From Candidatus Eisenbacteria bacterium RBG_16_71_46 (GTDB lineage: Bacteria > Eisenbacteria > RBG-16-71-46), in assembly GCA_001780165.1 (NCBI GenBank), contig MFFQ01000066.1, forward strand, positions 39,082-103,081: 64,000 bases of DNA, written 5' to 3'. The notes beneath the pieces were generated by a model, which saw only the letters and a program-made list of their open reading frames with translations, was not told where the DNA came from and ran no database searches. Below, one piece after another: positions 55,830 through 64,000 of the stretch (positions are counted from its first letter, which is position 1; each line of letters starts with the position of its first letter). Both the position numbers and the translations under genes were made by a program.

Positions 55830-56720
55830 ATGGCCGTCGAGATCACGGGCGCCACAACTCAGGTCAGCGTTGGCGAGAAGATCACGCTCGGGGTCAAGTT
55901 CACCAAGGAATGGGGCGTGCTCAAGAGCGTCGACTGGTCCATCCCCGGGAAGGTGATCAAGAATTACACGTGCAACTTCGCGCAGGGCAAGCTCGAGGTG
56001 TTTGCCCCCCCGGGCCCGGGCAAGTTCGCGGCCGAATTTCACTGGGTGGACGGGGCGGACGGCCGCGTGGTCGAGGCCAAGTGCGTGTTCACGGCCTCCG
56101 GGAAGGACGTGAACAAGACCGTTTCCGCGACTTTCGACGTCAAGCGCCCGAAGCTGGACTCGTATACGTCGGCGACCGGGAGTGTGAAGATCGACGGCGA
56201 CAAGATGGGCCTTCTCGGCCCCGGCATCACCTGGACCGCCAAGGTGTCGCCCAACGGGGCCCGCGCTGGGTTGATCGCATTCATTCAGCAAATCAAACCC
56301 CACCGGGTCTGGGTGCCGGGGAAGAAGTGGAGCTCGGGTGGCGTGTTCGTGCTCGACGGAGCCGCCGGTAAGTCGAAGATCTTCTACGCGCAACAGACCG
56401 AATCGCTGTCTGGTGGCACGGCAACGCTGACCTCCAACGACAGCCCATCGAATCCTCTGAGTGCCTTCCCGGCAGCGCTCACGAACACGGGGGAAGATGC
56501 ATTCAAGATCTTCGTGATGTACCAGTCGTCGGCCGCCGGCAGTCTCTGGGTTCCGCTGGGGGTGCTGGCGTGGAACTGGAAGGGTGAGGCGCGACGAGGG
56601 TCAACGGGTGATCCATGGGCGATGCACGGTACGCCTTCCTGGTCTGTAAACCCCTCCGGTGCAGACACACTGGATTTCCCTGAATGGAGCAAGTACTACC
56701 CGAACCTCGGCTACACGTAG
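55830..56720 (+). CDS. Novel 297-aa protein with no recognisable domain and no signal peptide; candidate T6SS cargo/effector.
   Basis: Clean ORF with RBS GAGGG. Shares its N-terminal 28-aa module with the fragment at 54912. Lower GC than the T6SS core. Confidence 0.5.
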   Translation: MAVEITGATTQVSVGEKITLGVKFTKEWGVLKSVDWSIPGKVIKNYTCNFAQGKLEVFAPPGPGKFAAEFHWVDGADGRVVEAKCVFTASGKDVNKTVSATFDVKRPKLDSYTSATGSVKIDGDKMGLLGPGITWTAKVSPNGARAGLIAFIQQIKPHRVWVPGKKWSSGGVFVLDGAAGKSKIFYAQQTESLSGGTATLTSNDSPSNPLSAFPAALTNTGEDAFKIFVMYQSSAAGSLWVPLGVLAWNWKGEARRGSTGDPWAMHGTPSWSVNPSGADTLDFPEWSKYYPNLGYT

Positions 56721-57147
56721 GGCTGTCGTTCGCCAGGGGATGGAGCCACGCCCCGCGATGGAGGCGCCGACGCCCTCCCTGCCTCCTGACGGTGTCGATC
56801 GAGGTAGGGAGGCCCGACTCCCGCAGACTTGCTGCCCGGATGATCTGCGTGCAACCGGATTGGAGCCTCGTCCGACCTGACCCCGGCGCGTGGGCCTGCG
56901 CGACGAGCGCGATGTCGGTCGCGGTCTTGGTGAGGCGCACCTCCGAGGCGTACTCGAGGCTCGACTCGCCCGGCCGCCAGACCGGCCCGCACATTCGAGG
57001 CGGGCAACCGACACGGTCGCGCGGCGGCCGCGCGCCGGAGCGCGGGCTTCCCGGACGGAGCGGCGGAGACCGCACGCCCGGGGCGGCCGGTCCACGCGGG
57101 CGGACCTTGTGACCGCCCCGCGCCGCTGATACGGTCCGCGCCGCGCC

Positions 57148-58848
57148 ATGGAATCCCAACAGGTCTCGCACTACCAGCTCGGGCGGATGCTCGGGCGCGG
57201 TGGGATGGGCGAGGTCTACGAGGCGGTGGACCTCAACCTCGATCGCCGCGTCGCCCTCAAGTTCATCGCCCCCGAGCTCGCGGCCGATCCCGAGAGCCTG
57301 CGCCGCTTCGAGCGCGAAGCGCGCTCGGCGGCCGCGCTCACGCATCCGCACATCGCGACGCTCTACGAGTTCGTGCGCGACGGCCCGCGCCCCTTCATCG
57401 CCATGGAGCTCATCACCGGGGCGAGCCTGCGCGCCAAGATCGGCGCCGGGCCACTCCCGATCGCCGAGGCGCTGGGGATCGCGCGCGACGTGGCCTCGGC
57501 GCTGGCCGCCGCCCACCGGCGCGGCATCGTGCACCGGGACATCAAGCCCGAGAACCTGATGCTCGACGAGCACGGCGCGATCAAGGTCATGGATTTCGGT
57601 CTCGCGCGCGCGACGCAGGCCTCGCGTTTGACCATGACCGGCACCACCCTCGGCACCGCCGGCTACATGGCGCCCGAGGCGATCCGCGGCGAGCCGGGGA
57701 TGCCGGCCGACGTCTTCGCGCTCGGCGCGGTGCTGCACGAGATGCTCGCCGGCGAGCTGCCGTTCAAGGGGGATAACCCGCTGGCGCTGATGTACTCGAT
57801 CTCGAACATGCCGGCCCGGCCGCTGCGCGAGGTGCGCCCCGAGACTCCCGAGGCGGTCGAGGCGCTGGTGCTGCGCGTCCTCGAGAAGGACCCGGAGCAG
57901 CGCCCCGACGCCGCGACCCTGGCGCACGAGCTGGGGGTGCTCACCGGGGTGCGCGCGGCCGGGCTCGAGGCCACGACGCTCGAGCTCGAAATCGAGCGGG
58001 TCCCGCCGTCGGTTCCGGCGAAGGTCGAAGGCGTGTTCCCCGCGCGCCGCCGGTCATGGCGCGCGCGCGCCCTGGTCGCCGCCGTCCTGGTCGTGGTGGC
58101 GGTGCTGGCCGGCTTCGGGTGGCGCGAGCGCGACCGGAGGAACGCCGTGGCGGCGCTGGACCTTCAGACCCGCGGCAAGACGGCGCACCAGGAGGGCCGC
58201 ATCGATGAGGCGCAGTCGCTCTACCAGCAGGCGCTGCGGAGAAACCCGAAGAACGCCGGAGCGCTGGGCAATCTGGCGCTGATCTACATGGACCGGGGAC
58301 GGCTCACGACCGCCGACTCGCTGCTGCGGGCGATGCTCCGCCACACGCCGCGCGACCCGGTGCTGCAGGCCGCCGCCCACGCCAGCCTGGCGGAGATCCG
58401 CATGCGCGAGCTCGCGTGGTCCGCGGCGGTCCAGGATCTCGAGCGGGCCTTCGCGCTGGATTCCTCGTCGGCGAACGCCTACAACAACCTGGGCTACGCG
58501 CTGATCCGGAACCAGCAGCTCGCCGCCGCGGTCGCGGTCCTGCGCCGGGGAGTGAAGCGCTTTCCGGGCGAGGCCTTTCTGTTCAAGAACGTCGCCGACG
58601 CGGAGCTGCAGATGGGAGAGGCGAAGGGCGCGCTCCCCGACCTCGATCGGGCGCTGGCGCTCGCCCCCGATCTCGCCTCGGCGCGCGGTCTGCGCGCCGA
58701 GGCCCGCGCGCAGGCCGGGGACCTGGCGGGTGCCAGGGCCGACTGGAGGATCTACGCCGCGGCGCGGACCGACTCGGCGGAGCGGGCGAGGATCGCCCGC
58801 GTCCTGGCCGAGCGGGGGGTCCCGCTCGAGCCCACGGAGGCGCCGTAG
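57148..58848 (+). CDS. Hanks-type Ser/Thr protein kinase with a TM segment and C-terminal TPR repeats.
   Basis: GRGGMGEVY, ALK, HRDIKPENLML, DFGLAR and APE motifs. TM segment ALVAAVLVVVAVLAGFGW. TPR-like repeats follow. Confidence 0.85.
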   Translation: MESQQVSHYQLGRMLGRGGMGEVYEAVDLNLDRRVALKFIAPELAADPESLRRFEREARSAAALTHPHIATLYEFVRDGPRPFIAMELITGASLRAKIGAGPLPIAEALGIARDVASALAAAHRRGIVHRDIKPENLMLDEHGAIKVMDFGLARATQASRLTMTGTTLGTAGYMAPEAIRGEPGMPADVFALGAVLHEMLAGELPFKGDNPLALMYSISNMPARPLREVRPETPEAVEALVLRVLEKDPEQRPDAATLAHELGVLTGVRAAGLEATTLELEIERVPPSVPAKVEGVFPARRRSWRARALVAAVLVVVAVLAGFGWRERDRRNAVAALDLQTRGKTAHQEGRIDEAQSLYQQALRRNPKNAGALGNLALIYMDRGRLTTADSLLRAMLRHTPRDPVLQAAAHASLAEIRMRELAWSAAVQDLERAFALDSSSANAYNNLGYALIRNQQLAAAVAVLRRGVKRFPGEAFLFKNVADAELQMGEAKGALPDLDRALALAPDLASARGLRAEARAQAGDLAGARADWRIYAAARTDSAERARIARVLAERGVPLEPTEAP

Positions 58849-59143
58849 GCGGCGCCGCGACCAGCCGCCCGCCAGGGGAGATTGACGAAGTCCTGACGGC
58901 TCGACCGGCCGGTGCCCGGCGACGAGGCGCCGCGAAGAGGCTACGGGGAACCCTCCGGGCGGTTCGATCGTCTAACGGCGTGTGATGCCGTCGGAGGGCG
59001 CCTCGCCGTTGACTTTTTGCCGGTCTATGACAGGCTCGCCGCCTCCGACGGTAACCTCATGGGAGCATTCAGCCGAGGGGCCCTGACGCCCGTCGCTGCG
59101 AGCGCGCTCACCGACGCGCCCACGGTCCAAACGGAGGAGATCC

Positions 59144-60631
59144 ATGACCCGCGTAACACGCGAATTCACCCGCCCGCGCAACTACTACTTGGCCGCCGCC
59201 GCCCTGATCCTGATCGGACTGTTGATCGGCCTGGGTCTGAGCGCCGGGTTCGACCTTCAGCGCGTCTCGACGGCGGCCCGAAACGGCCTCCAACTGTCGA
59301 CCAACCCCGCGGACCTGCCCGAGAGCCCGTTCGTCTCGGTGGTCGAGCGGGCGCTGCCCGCCGTGGTCTTCGTCGACGTCAAGAAGAAGGTCGCCGCCGC
59401 CGACGGCGACGATCCGCATTCCGATCTCTTCCGCCGCTTCTTCGGCGACAACCCGCAGCGTCGGATGGTGCGGCCCACCTCGGGGTCGGGCTTCATCATC
59501 GATCCGTCGGGCTACATCCTGACCAACAACCACGTGGTTTCGAATGCCGATGACATCAATGTCACGCTCAACGACGGCCGCAGCTTCAAGGCCACGGTGA
59601 TCGGCACCGATCCGGAGACCGACGTTGCGGTCATCAAGATCGAGGGCCGTAACCTGCCGGTGATCCCGCTGGGTGATTCGGACAAGCTGCGCGTGGGTGA
59701 CTACGCCATCGCGATCGGCAATCCGCTGGGCGAGCTCAAGGGCTCGGTGACCATGGGCATCATCAGCGCCCAGGGACGCTCCAACCTGAACATCTGGGGA
59801 GGGACCCCCGGGTTCCAGGACTTCATCCAGACCGACGCGTCGATCAACTTCGGCAACTCGGGCGGCCCGCTCTGCAACATCCGGGGCGAGGCGATCGGTA
59901 TCAACACCGCGATCAACCCCGGCGGGCAGGGCATCGGCTTCGCCATTCCCATCAACCTCGCCGGTCACGTGGCCGAGCAACTCGTGGCGACCGGCACCGT
60001 GAAGCGCGCCATGCTCGGGGTCTACCTCGCTCCGCTGACGCCCGAGCTGGCCGAGGGCTTCGGCATCGCCGCGACGCAGGAAGGCGTCCTGATCCAGAGC
60101 GTGAATCCCGGCTCGGCCGCTGAGAAGGCCGGCATCAAGCGCAACGACGTCATCGTCGAATTCGACGGGGTTCCGGTGGGCGATCTGCAGAAGTTCCGCC
60201 TCAAGGTGGCCGATACCCCGGTGGGCAAGCGCGTCCCGCTGGCCGTGCTTCGCGAGGGCAAGCGCGTCACCCTGAACGTCACTCTGGCCGAGCGCAGCAC
60301 CGAGGCGTTGGCCCAGGCGCGGCCCCAACCCCAGCCGACCGAGAGGCCGACGCTGGCCGGGCTGCAGGTCCGGGATCTCACCGGCAGCGAGAAGTCCGAG
60401 CTGTCGGTCAAGACCGGGGTGGTGATCACCGACGTCGAGGACGGCAGCGCCGCGAATGACGCCGGACTGCGGGCGGGCGACGTGATCGAGGAGGTCGGCG
60501 GCAAATCCGTGGCGAGCGTCGGCGACTTCACCAAGCTGGTGCGCGACGCCAGGACCCGCGGCAACTTCGCGGTCCTGCTGCGCAACCGGAACGGAGACGT
60601 GGCATTCGTTCCCCTGCGCGTCCGCGAGTAG
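59144..60631 (+). CDS. degP: Periplasmic serine endoprotease DegP/HtrA (trypsin-like domain plus two PDZ domains).
   Basis: GSGFIIDPSGYILTNNHVV (His), DVAVIKI (Asp) and GNSGGPL (Ser). Two PDZ segments. Confidence 0.9.
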   Translation: MTRVTREFTRPRNYYLAAAALILIGLLIGLGLSAGFDLQRVSTAARNGLQLSTNPADLPESPFVSVVERALPAVVFVDVKKKVAAADGDDPHSDLFRRFFGDNPQRRMVRPTSGSGFIIDPSGYILTNNHVVSNADDINVTLNDGRSFKATVIGTDPETDVAVIKIEGRNLPVIPLGDSDKLRVGDYAIAIGNPLGELKGSVTMGIISAQGRSNLNIWGGTPGFQDFIQTDASINFGNSGGPLCNIRGEAIGINTAINPGGQGIGFAIPINLAGHVAEQLVATGTVKRAMLGVYLAPLTPELAEGFGIAATQEGVLIQSVNPGSAAEKAGIKRNDVIVEFDGVPVGDLQKFRLKVADTPVGKRVPLAVLREGKRVTLNVTLAERSTEALAQARPQPQPTERPTLAGLQVRDLTGSEKSELSVKTGVVITDVEDGSAANDAGLRAGDVIEEVGGKSVASVGDFTKLVRDARTRGNFAVLLRNRNGDVAFVPLRVRE

Positions 60632-60646
60632 CAGATCCGACGAAGA

Positions 60647-60674
60647 GCCGGAGGCGGCGCCCGCCGCCTCCGGC
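60647..60674 (+). terminator. GC-rich hairpin (13-bp perfect inverted repeat GCCGGAGGCGGCG / CGCCGCCUCCGGC) downstream of degP.
   Basis: Read directly from the sequence. No strong U-tract follows. Confidence 0.4.
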
Positions 60675-60702
60675 CTCCGCCAGGGAGGGCGATCCCGCGC
60701 AG

Positions 60703-61920
60703 ATGATGAACACGGCTCTTCTTCCGCGCCGGGCTGCGACGCTGGCCACGGCGTTGCTGGTCCTGGTCGCCGTCTCAGGCGTGGCCGCGGCCGATACGGT
60801 CACGCTCACCGCGATGCGATCGTGGTCGGCTCCCGCGAACACCCGCGTGGTCCTCGACTTCACCGCTCCGGTGAACCCGGTCACCCCGGACTCGGGCGTC
60901 ACCCGCCAGCTCGTCCTCAGCATCCCCGGTGAAACGGTGGTGCGGGCCGCGGGGGTCCCCGCGGTGATGGCCGTGGGCGACAGCGTCGTCGATTCGGTGG
61001 TGGTCACCCGCGTCGACGGCGGTGCCCGGTTCCAGCTCTTCCTCGCCGACTCGATCTCCTTCCGCGTGTTCCGGCTCATGGCCGAGGACGACAAGCCGTT
61101 CCGACTCGTGATCGATGTCGCGCGCCCGGGCGCCGAGGCGGCCGAGGACCAGCGCCTCGAGGGCATCGCCGCCGTCAAGCGCCGGGAGCGAATGCGGATC
61201 GTGGTCGTCGATCCCGGCCATGGCGGCGAGGACAGCGGCGCGCGCGGGCCGGGCGGAGTGCTCGAGAAGAACGTGACCCTCGCCGTCGGCCGGATGCTGG
61301 TGGACGAGCTGAACGGTATTCCCGGCGTGAAGGCGGTGCTCACCCGCGACCGCGACTACTTCATCCCACTCCGCGACCGCTATCGGCTCGCCGAGAAGAT
61401 GCGCGCCGACGTGTTCATCAGCATCCACGCCAATTCGTCTCGCCGGCGGGGGTCGGGCAGCGGCAGCGAGGTCTACTTCCTGTCCCTGCGCGGGGCCAGC
61501 GACCAGGCCGACGCCGATCTCGCCGACCTCGAAAACGCGGCCGACCTGGTGGGCGGCGTCCCGGCCCAGTCCGAGGACGATCTGGTGAGCATCCTCTACG
61601 ACGTCAAGCGCAGCTCCGCACTGAAGCAGAGCGAGCTGCTGGCGGAATCCCTGCTCGATCAGGTGGCGAGGGACCGCCGCCTCGAATCGCGCGGGGTCAA
61701 GCAGGCCGGCTTCGTGGTGCTGAAGTCGGTCGAGTTCCCGTCGGTGCTGGTGGAGCTGGCCTTCATCAACAACCCGGTGGAGGCGCGCCTGCTCCGTAGC
61801 CCGGCGTTCCAGCGCCAGATGAGCGGGCAGCTCGCGACCGGGGTGAAGTACTACTTCCAGCGGGCCGGGATCGGTCTGCTCGATGGCGGCGGCCGCACCG
61901 GGCAGGCCCTCGGCCGCTGA
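60703..61920 (+). CDS. amiC: N-acetylmuramoyl-L-alanine amidase (Amidase_3, AmiC-like) with an N-terminal AMIN domain.
   Basis: VVVDPGHGGEDSGA, DVFISIHAN and FVVLKSVEFPSVLVELAFINN are Amidase_3 signatures. Signal peptide. Confidence 0.85.
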   Translation: MMNTALLPRRAATLATALLVLVAVSGVAAADTVTLTAMRSWSAPANTRVVLDFTAPVNPVTPDSGVTRQLVLSIPGETVVRAAGVPAVMAVGDSVVDSVVVTRVDGGARFQLFLADSISFRVFRLMAEDDKPFRLVIDVARPGAEAAEDQRLEGIAAVKRRERMRIVVVDPGHGGEDSGARGPGGVLEKNVTLAVGRMLVDELNGIPGVKAVLTRDRDYFIPLRDRYRLAEKMRADVFISIHANSSRRRGSGSGSEVYFLSLRGASDQADADLADLENAADLVGGVPAQSEDDLVSILYDVKRSSALKQSELLAESLLDQVARDRRLESRGVKQAGFVVLKSVEFPSVLVELAFINNPVEARLLRSPAFQRQMSGQLATGVKYYFQRAGIGLLDGGGRTGQALGR

Positions 61921-61953
61921 GCCGCGCCGCCCGCGGCGCCCGCGGCGCCGGGT

Positions 61954-64000
61954 TCACTCCCCGCCGACGGGCACGGCCGCGCGCTCGCGGCGGATGCGCC
62001 CGTCGAGGGACACCTCGAGCGCAGCACCTCCCCGGCAGCGGGCCGTGACGTAGGCCTCCATGGCCTCCCGCACCAGCATCCCGGTGTCCAGGCGGTTGCG
62101 GCCCCCACCCAGCGTCGCGTAGCTGTCGCCGCCGGTGGCCATGAAGTTGTTGGTGGCCACCCGGTAGACGCGCTCGAGCGGCAGCGGCGAGCCGTCGGCC
62201 AGCGTGAGGGAGGTCACCCGCTCGCCTGCCGGCGCGTCGGGATCGAACCCGTAGCGGAGGCCGCTGACCTGCGTCACCCGGTTGGTGGCGAGCCCGTCTT
62301 CCAGCGCCTGCTCGACCTCGCGCCCGCTCAATTCCAGCGTGTAGATGGTGTTGTCGAACGGCATCACCTCGTAGATGTCGCCGCGCGTGATCGGGCCCTC
62401 GCGGAGGTCGGCGCGCAGGCCCCCGGTGTTCTGCATCGCGACGTCGGCATGCACGCCCTCGCGCATGGCGTCGGCCACGAAGTCGCCGACCGCGGACTCG
62501 GGGCCGCCGCGCCCGAGCCGGCGCGCGTTGCGCCCGATGACCACCGCGGCCAGCGGGGCCACGGTCTGACTCCAGCGCTCCACCCGTGCCGCCATCGCCG
62601 AATCGGGCGTGACCGCGTCCGCGAACGTGAGCTGCAGGCGGGCGCCGTGCTCCACCACCCGATCGCGCACCGGGTCCACCACCAGGTCGCAGACCGCCAC
62701 CACCTGGCCGTGCGACCCCGCGATCATCACGGGCGCGCCGCCGATCTCGTCCTCGACCCGATTGTGGCTGTGGCCGCCGAACCATGCGTCCACGCCCCGC
62801 ACGCCCTGGGCCAGGCGCGCCAGGTCGCCGGAGACCGCGCGGCGCAGCGAGTCGGACTCGGCGGGCGTGTGTCCCACCACCAGCACGACCTCGGCCTTGT
62901 CGCGTCGCCGCAGCCGCGGCACGGCGCGCGCCACGGTCGCCGAGTCGTCCTCGAAGCGCAGGTGGGCGACGTTCGCGGCCAGCGTCACCGTGGGGGTCCG
63001 CCGGTAGCACAGGCCGAGGACGCCGACCCGCACCCCGCGGCGCACCACCAGGGTGTCGGCGCGCGCCCAGCGCGGGATCCGGCCGCCGCGGCGCTCGATC
63101 ATGTTCGCGCCGAGTGCCGCGAAACGCATTTCGTGGGCGCGTTCCACGAGGGTGTCCACCCCCCAGTCGAACTCGTGGTTGCCGACCGCGGCGGCCGCGT
63201 AGCGCAGCGCGTTCATCTGCTCCACCACCGGGCGGCCGAACTGGAGGTTCGAGATCATCGTTCCCTGGAAGCAGTCGCCGCCGTCGAGCAGCACCGTCCC
63301 CTCGGGATTCTCCGCGCGCAGCCGCTCGATCCAGGCGGCGAGCACCGCGGAGCCGCCGATCGAGCGCCGGCTGTCCCGATCGGTGGCACGCGACAGGATG
63401 GCGCCGTGAAAATCCGTGGTCTCGAGCACGCGCAGCGTCGGGAAGCGGGTGTTGGCGACGAGCCCCAAGAGCTGCGCGCGCGTGAGCCGCCCGCCGGGGT
63501 AGCCGAGGACGGCCGGCGCCAGGGAATCCGCGTTGTCGCTCACTCCGGTGAGCAGCCCGCGCCGGAACGCCGCGTCATCCGGACCCGGGGGAATCGCGTA
63601 TCCGGAGACCCGTGCGGCATTCTCGCACCAGTCGAGCGCCTCCCGCGCCGTCACGGGGCCGAAGGGGATCAGGAACTCGTTGCTCGCGGCGCGCCCCAGG
63701 ATGCCGTGTTGCAGGGCCCCGTCCACCCAGGGCTCGAGCGAGTCGGGCACGTCGGCGAAGGCACCCGAGAGCCGCTTGGCGCGCCAGCCGAACGCGCGGC
63801 CAAGCCAGTACGCGAGATCGCCGCGCAGGGCCGGGGCCTCCGGCTCCAGGCGCAACACCTCCCCGATCGGGGCCACGCCCTGGCGCACCAGCAGGTCGAT
63901 CAACGGACGTTCGGGGCTCGCGGCGTAGTCCGGGAGGATGCGCCAGCCCGGGTCGAAGGCGCCGTCCAGCTTGCCGGTTCGGCGCACGTGCTCGACCAGC
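61954..64000 (-). CDS. Bifunctional metallophosphatase / 5'-nucleotidase (UshA-like), 5'-partial (runs off the window).
   Basis: Metallophosphatase motifs (LETTDFHG, GDCFQG, GNHEFD, GHSH) followed by a 5'-nucleotidase C-terminal domain. No signal peptide visible, consistent with truncation at the window edge. Confidence 0.8.
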   Translation of the reverse strand, partial: LVEHVRRTGKLDGAFDPGWRILPDYAASPERPLIDLLVRQGVAPIGEVLRLEPEAPALRGDLAYWLGRAFGWRAKRLSGAFADVPDSLEPWVDGALQHGILGRAASNEFLIPFGPVTAREALDWCENAARVSGYAIPPGPDDAAFRRGLLTGVSDNADSLAPAVLGYPGGRLTRAQLLGLVANTRFPTLRVLETTDFHGAILSRATDRDSRRSIGGSAVLAAWIERLRAENPEGTVLLDGGDCFQGTMISNLQFGRPVVEQMNALRYAAAAVGNHEFDWGVDTLVERAHEMRFAALGANMIERRGGRIPRWARADTLVVRRGVRVGVLGLCYRRTPTVTLAANVAHLRFEDDSATVARAVPRLRRRDKAEVVLVVGHTPAESDSLRRAVSGDLARLAQGVRGVDAWFGGHSHNRVEDEIGGAPVMIAGSHGQVVAVCDLVVDPVRDRVVEHGARLQLTFADAVTPDSAMAARVERWSQTVAPLAAVVIGRNARRLGRGGPESAVGDFVADAMREGVHADVAMQNTGGLRADLREGPITRGDIYEVMPFDNTIYTLELSGREVEQALEDGLATNRVTQVSGLRYGFDPDAPAGERVTSLTLADGSPLPLERVYRVATNNFMATGGDSYATLGGGRNRLDTGMLVREAMEAYVTARCRGGAALEVSLDGRIRRERAAVPVGGE

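Noticed and set aside
56721-57147. 427-nt intergenic region before the second kinase; looked for a gene remnant or RNA
   Set aside because: Only Arg-rich artefact ORFs are present. No convincing promoter or hairpin stood out beyond general GC-richness.

Overview
This is a ~70% GC chromosomal segment from a Gram-negative bacterium. The Gram-negative call rests on OMP beta-barrels ending in Phe, lpxH, a DegP/AmiC envelope set, and one secreted protein with a T9SS-type C-terminal sorting domain. That combination is compatible with a Gemmatimonadota-like or other high-GC FCB/delta-like lineage, but this is inference only. Long Arg/Pro-rich ORFs on the opposite strand of real genes are GC-driven artefacts; I ignored them.

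From start to end the window contains:

- 1-2.2 kb: a partial membrane protein, and an HExxH secreted protein with a T9SS-like C-terminal domain.
- 2.2-8.5 kb, minus strand: rlmN, then a sensor histidine kinase, a sigma54 (NtrC-type) response regulator, an OMP, and a DUF4390 protein.
- 8.5-10.7 kb: an ArsR-family regulator, Ppx/GppA, and a small secreted protein.
- 10.8-13.9 kb: a 1033-aa TPR-GAF-sigma54-HTH enhancer-binding protein.
- 13.9-14.7 kb: a ~0.8 kb ORF-free, lower-GC region. It carries two good -24/-12 (sigma54) promoters on the + strand. The first is followed ~410 nt later by a strong intrinsic-terminator hairpin, so a sigma54-dependent structured ncRNA of ~420 nt is a candidate. 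The second drives an operon of four secreted, lipoprotein or outer-membrane proteins (14.7-18.5 kb).
- 18.5-22.7 kb: lpxH, a DUF1059 protein, alkaline phosphatase, and an unknown 493-aa protein.
- 22.8-26.0 kb: a PP2C phosphatase and a Hanks Ser/Thr kinase with PEGA domains. They sit directly upstream of, and co-oriented with, the T6SS.
- 26.2-54 kb: a complete type VI secretion locus on the + strand: tssJ-K-L-M, tssA, tssB-C, hcp, tagJ, tssE-F-G, clpV, vgrG, a PAAR-like DUF4150 and a DUF2169. It contains several unusual insertions:
  - a Lipase_3 gene after clpV;
  - on the minus strand, an operon of a fused TssB-TssC-like sheath paralog and a TPR-SAM methyltransferase, divergent from vgrG;
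  - a HEAT-repeat protein and a gpV-like protein between vgrG and the PAAR-like gene;
  - a ketosynthase-like protein whose catalytic His residues appear substituted;
  - a duplicated N-terminal module shared by a short fragment ORF and a novel 297-aa candidate cargo protein, separated by a putative lipoprotein.
- 57-64 kb: a second Hanks kinase with TPR repeats, DegP/HtrA, an AmiC-type amidase, and a partial UshA-like 5'-nucleotidase.

I found no tRNA or rRNA genes, no CRISPR array, and no transposase or integrase.
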